Of a stretch of DNA of 21,559 nucleotides, positions 1-7,230 are shown piece after piece; positions within the stretch are counted from its first letter, which is position 1; each line of letters starts with the position of its first letter. The notes beneath the pieces are model-generated. The model was not told the origin of the DNA. It worked only from the letters and a program-made list of their open reading frames with translations, and made no database searches. Where the stretch lies: NCBI GenBank assembly GCA_040289515.1, contig PSLI01000035.1, positions 1 to 21,559 of the forward strand, written 5' to 3'. The stretch comes from Candidatus Sysuimicrobiota bacterium. Lineage in GTDB: Bacteria > Sysuimicrobiota > Sysuimicrobiia > Sysuimicrobiales > Sysuimicrobiaceae. The position numbers and the translations under genes are program-made.

Positions 1-134
1 GCCAGCTGCTGGCTGGGTGGTATTCTGGACATAGGTCTGGGCCCTCCTCGGTGTGCCCCAGCAGGGGCGGATTTCCGACGCCACCGATGGTAGCCCAGAC
101 CGCTTCGCGTTTACAGACAGTTTAGGACGTCACC
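1..134 (-). mobile_element. Left end of an IS256-family element (element A), with the first 10 full codons of a putative transposase (MSRIPPSQQL, ATG at 32) running off the window
   Basis: The minus strand from 134 reads GGTGACGTCCTAAACTGTCTGTAAACG. It shares the TGTAAACG core and its distance from the end with the IS256-type end at 473. The ATPase reading frame stops at this point. A GAGGAGG RBS precedes the ATG at 32. Too little protein is visible to confirm the family. Confidence 0.55.
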
Positions 135-472
135 CCCACCCATCACCACCACGTGGCCCTGCTGTTGGTAGCTGCGCACCACCCCCAGCTTGTCCTCCGG
201 GAGCAGGCGGGCCTGCTAGCAGATGCCCAGGGCTTCCGCGAGGGTGCGGGCCGCGGCTGGGTTGTCCCCCGTGAGGAGTTCCACGTGACGGATACCCAGC
301 GCCCGCAGCTGCTGGATGGCCTCCTTCAGTCCAGGCTTGGGCTGGTCCGCCAGCCCCAGCAGACCCACCAGCCGGCTTTCTTCCCACACCCACACCCGCA
401 CCACTGTCCTGCCCTGCTGCTCCAGCTGCTGCACGAGCCGGCGGGCCGCTTCCGGCAGGTCCTGTAGCCAAG
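135..472 (-). pseudogene. Internal fragment of a heavy-metal translocating P1B-type ATPase
   Basis: Translation LEQQGRTVVRV...GLLGLADQPKPGLKEAIQQLRALGIRHVELLTGDNPAAARTLAEALGI, then TAG at 216-218, then in the same frame QARLLPEDKLGVVRSYQQQGHVVVMG. TGDN and LLPEDK are P-type ATPase motifs. The frame breaks just before the GDGxND motif, and both ends of the gene are missing. Confidence 0.88.
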
Positions 473-953
473 GAGGTACCCTCAAATGGTGTGTAAACGG
501 CGAAGGCGGTGTACCCTCCTCCTAGACCAACACCAGGGCTTGCAAGCCCGGAGGAGGAGAGCCACCGCCATGGACCAGCGGACCACGTCGGGGAGCTTGA
601 CGTCAAGCCCCACCTGGGAAGGGCTGCACGAGTGGCTCCGCAACGCGATCCAGGCGCTCATCCAGGCGGCCCTGGAAGCCGAGGTGACGGAGCTGCTGGG
701 CCGGGTGCGATACCAGCGGCGCGCCGCCGTCGACGCACCCGCCGGATACCGGAACGGCTACGGCAAGCCGCGGAAGCTGACGACCCCCCATGGGCACCAT
801 CACCCTGCGCCGCCCCCGGGTGCGGGGTCTCGAGGAGCGGTTCGAGAGCCGGATGCCCCTGTTCGCCCGGCGCACGAAGGAGGTCTCGGACCTGTTGCCC
901 GAGCTGTACCTGCACGGGCTGGCCGAGGGGGACTTCGACCTGGCCCTGCGGGG
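473..953 (+). mobile_element. Truncated IS256-family element (element B): left inverted repeat plus the 5' part of the transposase gene
   Basis: The end sequence GAGGTACCCTCAAATGGTGTGTAAACG resembles IS256-family terminal repeats (TGTGTAAA core) and lies about 100 bp upstream of the transposase start. No right end is present. Confidence 0.8.
570..953 (+). pseudogene. IS256 (Mutator) family transposase, N-terminal fragment, frameshifted and truncated
   Basis: ATG 570 after a GGAGGAGG RBS. IQAALEAEVTELLGRVRYQR...GYRNGYGKPRKLTTP continues after a +1 shift in the C6 run (784-789) as MGTITLRRPRVR...FESRMPLFARRTKEVSDLLPELYLHGLAEGDFDLALRG. Similarity ends near 953, before the DDE domain. Confidence 0.9.
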
Positions 954-1719
954 AGGAGCAGCTCCGACAGCGCCTCCAAAGACACGGGGCGAGTTGAGGA
1001 GCGCCGGGTGGAGCGTTGGCGCAGGACCACTTCGCGGATCTCCCGCCTCATGGCGGCTGTACGGACAGGCATGCGGGTCGGGCCGTTCGCCCAGCGCCAC
1101 CAGGGCCACGGGAAACTCCCGATCCGCATCCAGGTCCAGGAGGTGTACCACCTCTCGGTCCACGAAACCCAACACCACCCGGGCACGGATGCCGTAGGCC
1201 GCGGTGGTGGCCAGGATCCGGCTCAGCACGGTGCCCGCGTCCCAGTAGACGTGCCGGTAGGCGCGGGCACCGTACTTCCACGCGTTGCGCTGCCACACGC
1301 TGGTGAGGACCAGCACCGCGGCCGCGCGGGCGACTTCTTCGTCGTCCGCGGAGCGGCTCAGCAGGAGCCGGCAGTCGCCCTCCCGCGGGCGGTGCAGGGC
1401 ATGCAGCCGCTGCGAGAAGTGGTACACACCCACGGGCAGGGCGACGAGTTGCGCGCACACGGGACACACCTCCACAGGGTACAAGGCGCCCGTGCACGGA
1501 GCTGCGGAAGGCCACCTCTTTCCCGTGCTCCCGCCGGGTGCGCAGGATGCCGGCGGCATAGTAGAGCAGACCCGCCAGCGTGGGCAGGTCCAGCCGCCCT
1601 TTTTCTCCGTCCGAGGAGGTCACCGCGTCCGGGGCGCGGCTGGACCGCCAGAGGGCCCGCGGAGAGTGCTTGGTGGCCTCGTGGAAGGCCAAAAGCGGCT
1701 GTGTGTCCTTCACCGCCAC
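954..1719 (-). pseudogene. SagB/ThcOx-family (nitroreductase-fold) dehydrogenase remnant
   Basis: Three frames are needed: FHEATKHS...LAGLLYYAAGI...VAFR; then AAPCTGALYPVEV...GVYHF...RNAWKYGARAYRHVYWDAGT...VLGFVDREVVHLLDLDADREFPVALVALG; then IREVVLRQRSTRR...VSLEALSELL, the start of a second nitroreductase domain. Frameshifts lie near 1505 and 1065, and the 3' end is cut at the IS fragment. Confidence 0.85.
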
Positions 1720-1861
1720 CTGGTGGTTTCCCTTCGGGCCGCCCGCCCCGCCTCGGTGAATCCGCTCCCGCCGCGGATGGTAGCGTGGTGCGTACGCGGG
1801 GGGCCCTCGCCTTCCAGGATAGGGTGTGGGTTCAACAATACGGGTACGAACTTGACTCAGG

Positions 1862-2472
1862 CTAGCCGGTGGAGACCAGTTCCTGCAAGAGATCCCTCAG
1901 GCGTTCCAGGAGGGCCGCTGCCGTCTGGTGCGCGGGTCCCCGGAGGATCTTCCGCCGGCGCTCGCAGGTCACTGCCTCCCACACGGACGCGACCACCGTG
2001 GGCGATCCTGCAGTGCCCACGAACTCCGGATCCACCTCCCGCTCCTGGGCCTCCCACACGGTGATGGGCACCTGTTCCGCCTAGTCCATGCGCACGGGGG
2101 CCAGCAGCCGGGGTTCGTTGGTACCTACCGGCACGGGGATCACTGCGGGAAGCGGAACCGCCACCCCCTCGGACCCACGCCCAGGTCCCTGCGAACCCCC
2201 ACCTTCCCGTCCTCCAGCTGGATCAGGGTGGCGGATCAGGGTGGCGTAGGTGGCTTGAGGATCCCCAGCCACTCCGCGATCTGCGCGGGTACCTGTCCGG
2301 TGGGCCCATCCGAGAATTCCTCCCCACACGGGACGAGGTCGTAGCCCCCGATCCGGGAGATGCCGCGCGCCAGGGTATAGGCGGTTGCCAGGGTGTCCGC
2401 TGGCGCAAACGCGCGATCGCTCACCCGGTACGCCGAGTCCGCCCCCATGGTGAGGGCCAGCCGCAGGGCGGT
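1862..2472 (-). pseudogene. Electron transfer flavoprotein beta subunit (FixA/EtfB family) remnant lacking its N-terminus
   Basis: ALRLALTMGADSAYRVSDRAFAPADTLATAYTLARGI...YDLVPCGEEFSDGPTGQVPAQIAEWLGI, then PQATYA, VPLPAVI..GTNEPR and ITVW...VGTAGSPTVV are all ETF-beta-like. There are frameshifts near 2259 and 2175, a 13-bp duplication, and an in-frame TAG at 2081-2083. Confidence 0.87.
2221..2246 (+). repeat. Perfect 13-bp tandem duplication (GATCAGGGTGGCG x2) inside the ETF-beta remnant
   Basis: Read directly at 2221-2233 and 2234-2246. Removing one copy restores ATYATLIQLEDGKVGVRRDLG. Confidence 0.9.
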
Positions 2473-3390
2473 GCGCCACCCCTGCGTAGCGGGCCTGCAG
2501 GGCCTGGGCCAGGTGCTCCACGGGTGCCACCACCGCGAAGGCGTGCACCATCTTATCCGTAACCACGCGCGGCATGGCCTCCCACCGTCCTGAGGCGGCC
2601 AGGTGGGACAGCTCCCGGGCCGCTTCCTCCCAGCCGCGCAGGGCCATCACCGGGCGATAGGAGGGGGTGGAGGCGTAGAAGGCGATCTGGATCCGCACGA
2701 ACTCCACCTGCGCGTCGTCGGTGGCCACGAAGGCGTTGACGGAGATGGCCACCTGGGAAGGTGCCCGCCCAGCGCGCCTGGATCCGGCTTCCAGCGCGGG
2801 GAGGATCACCCGGCGCAGGTACTCAACGGTGTGCAAGGGTGCACGCAGAAGCCGTCTGCCACGTTCCCCGCCAGCCGGGCCAGGCCCTGGTTCACGCCCG
2901 CCAGGTAGATGGGCACCTCCGGGTGGCCGCTGGGCCCGGGGTTGAATGAGGGAGACATGAGGGTGAGCCGGTAGTACCGGCCTTCGAACCGCAGGGGCTC
3001 GCCTGTCTGCCAGCAGCGCCAGAAGGCGCGGATGGCCAGCACCTGCTCCCGCAGCTTGCCCACCACCGAGTCAGGCCAGGGCATCCCGAACCGCCGCTCC
3101 ACGTGGGCGCGCACCTGCGTGCCCAGGCCCAAGATGAACTGGCCCGTGCCGGCCTGAACCAGGTCCCAGGCGGTGTAGGCCAGGGTGGCGGGGCTGCGGG
3201 CGAAGGCGATGGCCACCGCGCTGCCGAACCCGAGGCGGCGGGTGTGCTCGAACACCAGCGGTCCCGGCAGGAACGGGTCATGCTGGGTCTCCGTGCTCCA
3301 CAGGCAGATCACTCCCAGCTCCTCCGCGGCGCGGGCCAGGGCCGGCACCTGGCGGAGCGGGCAGGGGGGCAGAGCCGCGTCCAGCACCAC
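2468..3390 (-). pseudogene. LLM-class, probably F420-dependent, oxidoreductase; frameshifted and 3'-truncated
   Basis: ARAAEELG...WSTETQHDPFL...AVAIAFARSP...FILGLGTQVRAHVERRFG...PIYLAGVN...AGNVADGFCVHP shifts near 2837 (one base missing) into LHTVEYLRRVILPAL...QIAFYASTPSYRPVM...QARYAGVAHR, then runs into the ETF remnant. The start codon is uncertain (GTG 3390 or 3387). Confidence 0.88.
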
Positions 3391-3432
3391 AGCTGGCCAT
3401 TCGACGTGCGCACCGGGAAGCCCTGCCCGCGG

Positions 3433-3438
3433 TACACT
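3433..3438 (+). promoter_or_regulatory. Putative -10 element (TACACT) of leaderless maf
   Basis: Lies 7 nt before GTG 3446, with no Shine-Dalgarno sequence in between. Confidence 0.55.
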
Positions 3439-3445
3439 GGGTACC

Positions 3446-4033
3446 GTGGCCGAGAACAGACTGGTGCTGGCGTCCACCTCTCCGCAGCGTCAGGCCATCC
3501 TGGCCCAGCTCGGGATCCGCTTCGAGGTGATTCCACCCCCTTACGAGGAGGACGACGAAACGTCTTCCGATGCCGTGGAGCTGGCGCGCACCCACGCCCG
3601 GGGAAAGGCACGCTCGGTGCTGCCCGCAGCGGGTGGCCGCCCGGTGCTGGGGGTGGACACGACCCTGTTCCTGGACGGCCGCACGTGGGGCAAGCCCGCC
3701 ACCCCGGAGGAGGCCGCGGAGATGCTGCGCAAGCTGTCAGGCCGTACCCACCAGGTGGTGTCGGGGCTGTGTTTGGTCACGGAAGCTTGGGAGGAGCTGC
3801 ACCACGAGGTCACCGCGGTGCACTTCCGGCACCTGCACCCCCGGGAGATCGACAGCTACGTGCGCAGCGGCGAGTGGCGGGGACGGGCGGGGGGTTACGC
3901 GGTCCAGGGCCGGGCCGCGGCCTTCGTGGAAAGGGTGGAGGGGGATTTCTGGAACGTGGTGGGCCTGCCCGCCGCACGCTTAGTGGAGCTGCTGCTGCGC
4001 CGGCTGCCCAAGCTGTACCCGCCAGGGGTTTGA
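3446..4033 (+). CDS. maf: Maf family nucleoside triphosphate pyrophosphatase
   Basis: LVLASTSPQR, ARGKARSV, VLGVDT, GKP, LSGRTHQVVSG, AGGYAVQG and EGDFWNVVGLP motifs; 195 aa. Confidence 0.93.
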   Translation: MAENRLVLASTSPQRQAILAQLGIRFEVIPPPYEEDDETSSDAVELARTHARGKARSVLPAAGGRPVLGVDTTLFLDGRTWGKPATPEEAAEMLRKLSGRTHQVVSGLCLVTEAWEELHHEVTAVHFRHLHPREIDSYVRSGEWRGRAGGYAVQGRAAAFVERVEGDFWNVVGLPAARLVELLLRRLPKLYPPGV

Positions 4034-4066
4034 GTTTTCATGCAAAGCTGCGTATACTCATTCACA
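4029..4066 (+). promoter_or_regulatory. Tandem ARG boxes (ArgR operator)
   Basis: Cores TGAGTTTTCATGCA (4031-4044) and CGTATACTCATTCA (4051-4064) fit TGnATwwwwATnCA with a 20-bp period. They form an AT-rich island directly ahead of argC in an operon that includes argR. Confidence 0.8.
4030..4058 (+). promoter_or_regulatory. Sigma70-type promoter of the arg operon
   Basis: TTGAGT (4030-4035), 17 nt, TATACT (4053-4058), 7 nt, ATG 4066. Confidence 0.8.
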
Positions 4067-5100
4067 TGACGATTCGGGTGAGCGTGCTGGGGGCTTCCGG
4101 GTACACCGGCGGGGAGCTGGTGCGGCTGCTCAGCGGGCATCCCGCAGTGGAGTTGGTGCACCTCGGGGCGTTCCAGCACGAAGGGCGGCCCATGGGGGCG
4201 GTGTTCCCGAACCTGCGGGGGGTGGTGGACGTCACCCTGGAGGCCGCGGACCCGGGCCGCGTGGGACGCCACTCCGACGTGGTGTTCCTGGCGCTGCCCC
4301 ACGGCGCGGCCCTGAGGCTTGTGCCGGAGCTATTGGCGGCGGGCACGCGGGTGGTGGACCTGGGTGCGGACTTCCGCCTGAAAGACCCCCTGGCATACGC
4401 GCGGTGGTACAAGCAGGAGCACACCGCTTCCCACCTGCTGGCGGAGGTCGCTTACGGCCTGACGGAGCTGTACCGGGCCAGGGTGCGGGAAGCACGGCTG
4501 GTGGCCAACCCCGGCTGCTACCCCACCGCCGCGATCCTCGCCCTGGCACCCTTGGTGCAGGCGGGCCTGGTGGGTGGCCCCGTGATGGTGGACGCCAAGT
4601 CCGGTGTTTCCGGAGCCGGCCGCTCTCCCTCCGCGGGCACCCACTTTGGCGAGGTGAACGAGAACGTGAAGCCTTACAACCTGGGTGTGCACCGCCACCA
4701 GCCCGAGATGGAGCAGGTGCTGGCGGAGGTGGGGGCCGCGGTCCAGGTGCTGTTCGTGCCCCACCTGATCCCCATGACCCGCGGCATCCTGGCCACCTGC
4801 TACGTCCCCCTGTCGCGGCCCACCTCCCAGGAGGCGGCTCTGGCCCTGTACCGGGAGGCGTACGGCGGGGAGCCGTTTGTGCGGGTCCTGGAGGACGAGC
4901 TGCCTCAGACCAAGGCCACGTACGGCTCCAACTTCTGCGACGTGACGGTGCGGGTGGATGGGGAGCGGCAGCTGGCGGTCGCAGTGGCAGCGCTGGACAA
5001 CCTGGTGAAGGGGGCTGCAGGGCAGGCAGTGCAGAACCTAAATGTGATGTTCGGCCTGCCGGAGACCGAGGGCCTGCAGAATCCCGGGCTGTTCCCGTAA
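4066..5100 (+). CDS. argC: N-acetyl-gamma-glutamyl-phosphate reductase
   Basis: VLGASGYTGGEL, VFLALPHG, VVDLGADFRL, ANPGCYPT, DAKSGVSGAGR, HRHQPE and DNLVKGAAGQAVQN motifs. Confidence 0.97.
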   Translation: MTIRVSVLGASGYTGGELVRLLSGHPAVELVHLGAFQHEGRPMGAVFPNLRGVVDVTLEAADPGRVGRHSDVVFLALPHGAALRLVPELLAAGTRVVDLGADFRLKDPLAYARWYKQEHTASHLLAEVAYGLTELYRARVREARLVANPGCYPTAAILALAPLVQAGLVGGPVMVDAKSGVSGAGRSPSAGTHFGEVNENVKPYNLGVHRHQPEMEQVLAEVGAAVQVLFVPHLIPMTRGILATCYVPLSRPTSQEAALALYREAYGGEPFVRVLEDELPQTKATYGSNFCDVTVRVDGERQLAVAVAALDNLVKGAAGQAVQNLNVMFGLPETEGLQNPGLFP

Positions 5101-5120
5101 AAGACACCGCGAGGTGAACC

Positions 5121-6335
5121 GTGCTCGCCGAACCTCTTTCCTGGCAGCGCACCTCCGGCGGGGTCACAGCGCCCCGGGGCTTTTTGGCCGCAGGGGTCCA
5201 CTGCGGCATCAAGCAGCGGAAGCTGGACCTGGCGCTGGTGGTGTCGGAGTCCCCGGCTGCGGTGGCGGGGGTGTTCACCACCAACCGCATCAAGGCCGCA
5301 CCGGTGCTGTGGTGCCAGCAGGTGGTCCGCCGGGGCGTGGCCCGGGCCGTGGTGGTGAACAGCGGCAACGCCAACGCTTGCACCGGCGAGCGCGGGTGGC
5401 AGGACGCGCAGGAGATGGCCCACCGCGCCGGCCAAGTGCTGGGGATCCCGCCGGAGCAGGTGCTGGTAGCGTCCACGGGTGTGATCGGGGTACCTCTGCC
5501 CATGGAGGCGGTGCGCCGGGGTATCCCCCTGGCTGCGCAGTCCCTGTCCCGCTCGGGCGATCAGGCGGCGGAGGCCATTCTGACCACCGACGCCTTCCCC
5601 AAGACCTCCGCGGTGGTTACCACGGTGGGCGGGGTACAGGTCACCGTGGGCGGGATGGCCAAGGGCGCGGGGATGATCCATCCCAGGCTGGCCACCACCC
5701 TGTGCTTCCTCACCACGGACGCTGCGGTGCCCGCGCCGGTCCTACAGCGGTGCTTGGAGCGGGCCGTGGCAGCCTCCTTCAACCGCATCACGGTGGACGG
5801 CGACACCAGCACCAACGACACCGTCCTGGTGCTGGCCAACGGGCAGGCGGGCGCGCCTCCTGTGGGGGGCGGGCAGGATCTGGAACGCTTCACCGAGGCC
5901 CTCAGCGCGGTGGCCCAGGACCTGGCCCGCATGGTGGTGCGGGACGGGGAGGGGGCGCAGCGGCTGGTGGAGGTGGTGGTGGAGGGTGCTGCAGACGACG
6001 CGGACGCGGACCGGGCGGCGTACGCCATCGCCACCTCCCTGCTGGTGAAGACCATGCTGCACGGCGGCGAGCCCAACTGGGGACGCGTGGTGGCCGCGGT
6101 GGGCTACTCCGGCGCGGAGGTGGATGAACGGCGGGTGGCGGTGTGGTTCGGCCCCGTGCAGGTGGTGCGGGGCGGGGTGCGGGTGGAGGGGGTGGCGGAC
6201 CGGGCCGCCGCGGCCCTGCGGCAGCCGGAAGTCCTGCTGCGGGTGAACCTCGGGTTGGGCCCTGGCCACGCCCGGGTGTGGACGTGCGATTTGGGCGAGG
6301 AGTACGTACGCATCAACGGCAGCTACATCACGTGA
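5121..6335 (+). CDS. argJ: Ornithine acetyltransferase / N-acetylglutamate synthase ArgJ
   Basis: AGVFTTN, NSGNANACTG, STGVIG, AILTTD, GMAKGAGMIHP, VDGDTSTNDT, DGEGA, PNWGR and YVRING motifs; GAGGT RBS. Confidence 0.97.
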   Translation: MLAEPLSWQRTSGGVTAPRGFLAAGVHCGIKQRKLDLALVVSESPAAVAGVFTTNRIKAAPVLWCQQVVRRGVARAVVVNSGNANACTGERGWQDAQEMAHRAGQVLGIPPEQVLVASTGVIGVPLPMEAVRRGIPLAAQSLSRSGDQAAEAILTTDAFPKTSAVVTTVGGVQVTVGGMAKGAGMIHPRLATTLCFLTTDAAVPAPVLQRCLERAVAASFNRITVDGDTSTNDTVLVLANGQAGAPPVGGGQDLERFTEALSAVAQDLARMVVRDGEGAQRLVEVVVEGAADDADADRAAYAIATSLLVKTMLHGGEPNWGRVVAAVGYSGAEVDERRVAVWFGPVQVVRGGVRVEGVADRAAAALRQPEVLLRVNLGLGPGHARVWTCDLGEEYVRINGSYIT

Positions 6336-6348
6336 GGGAGGCAACAGG

Positions 6349-7230
6349 TTGAGGATCCTGGCCACCTCCCCGGTCTCCCTGGGCCGTTCCCTCGCGGAGG
6401 CGCTGCGGTACGTGGCCGCGTGGAAGGGCCGCACCGTGGTGGTGAAGTTCGGCGGCAGCGTGCTGGATTCACCCTCCGTGGGGACCTTGCCCCAGGACCT
6501 AGTGCTGCTCCAGCAGGCGGGGATCCGCCCCGTGCTGGTGCACGGCGGCGGTCCGGAGATCACCCGCGTGCTGGAGCGGCTGGGCAAGGCCACGCAGTTC
6601 GTCAACGGCCTCCGGGTCACCGACGAGGAGACCATGGAGGTGGTGGAGATGGTGCTGGCGGGGCGGGTGAACAAGCACCTGGTCACCCTCATCCAGCAGG
6701 CGGGAGGCCGGGCGGTGGGCCTGTCCGGCAAAGACGCGGCGCTGCTGCGGGCCCGTAAGCACGCGCCGGGGGTGGACCTGGGGCTGGTGGGGGAGGTGGC
6801 GCAGGTGGATCCCCGAGCAGTGGAGGTGCTGCTGGACGCTGGCTACCTACCCGTGGTGGCGTCCTTGGGCTTCGGGCCGGACGGGGTCAGCTACAACCTC
6901 AACGCGGACAGCGCCGCCGCGGCCCTGGCGGTGGCCCTGCGGGCGGACAAGCTCATCGTCCTGACGGACGTGGAGGGCATCTACCGGGAGACCGACCGGG
7001 GCCGGGAGCTAGTCTCGGAGCTCACCCCGGAGGCGGCCCGCACCCTCATCACGGAGGGCGTGGTGTCGCGGGGCATGATCCCCAAGGTGGAGGCGTGCCT
7101 GGCGGCCCTGGAGGGCGGGGTGCGCAGCGCGCACATCATCGGCGCGGAAGTCCCTCACGGATTGCTGGTGGAGCTGTTCACGGACACCGGCATCGGCACC
7201 ATGATCCGCAAGCGGGAACCGGAGGCGTGA
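6349..7230 (+). CDS. argB: Acetylglutamate kinase
   Basis: VVKFGG, VHGGGPEI, GLRVTD, NLNAD, LTDVEG, GMIPKV and ELFTDTGIGTMI motifs. The N-terminal EALRYV extension resembles that of arginine-sensitive NAGKs. TTG start with a GGAGG RBS. Confidence 0.96.
   Translation: MRILATSPVSLGRSLAEALRYVAAWKGRTVVVKFGGSVLDSPSVGTLPQDLVLLQQAGIRPVLVHGGGPEITRVLERLGKATQFVNGLRVTDEETMEVVEMVLAGRVNKHLVTLIQQAGGRAVGLSGKDAALLRARKHAPGVDLGLVGEVAQVDPRAVEVLLDAGYLPVVASLGFGPDGVSYNLNADSAAAALAVALRADKLIVLTDVEGIYRETDRGRELVSELTPEAARTLITEGVVSRGMIPKVEACLAALEGGVRSAHIIGAEVPHGLLVELFTDTGIGTMIRKREPEA

Noticed and set aside
784..789. Programmed frameshift in the transposase
   Set aside because: IS256 transposases are normally a single ORF, a C6 run is not a typical slippery site, and the gene is truncated anyway.
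1720..1861. Lower-GC patch (GGTTCAACAATAC…CTTGACTCAG) as an IS end or ncRNA
   Set aside because: I found no partner inverted repeat, stable structure or recognisable motif.
486..1865. 459-aa ORF as a single protein
   Set aside because: Only 570-789 is transposase. The rest is out-of-frame transposase and the antisense of the nitroreductase remnant.
3103..4065. Long N-terminal extension of ArgC (665-aa ORF)
   Set aside because: It overlaps maf in another frame, has low-complexity composition, and the promoter and ARG boxes point to ATG 4066.
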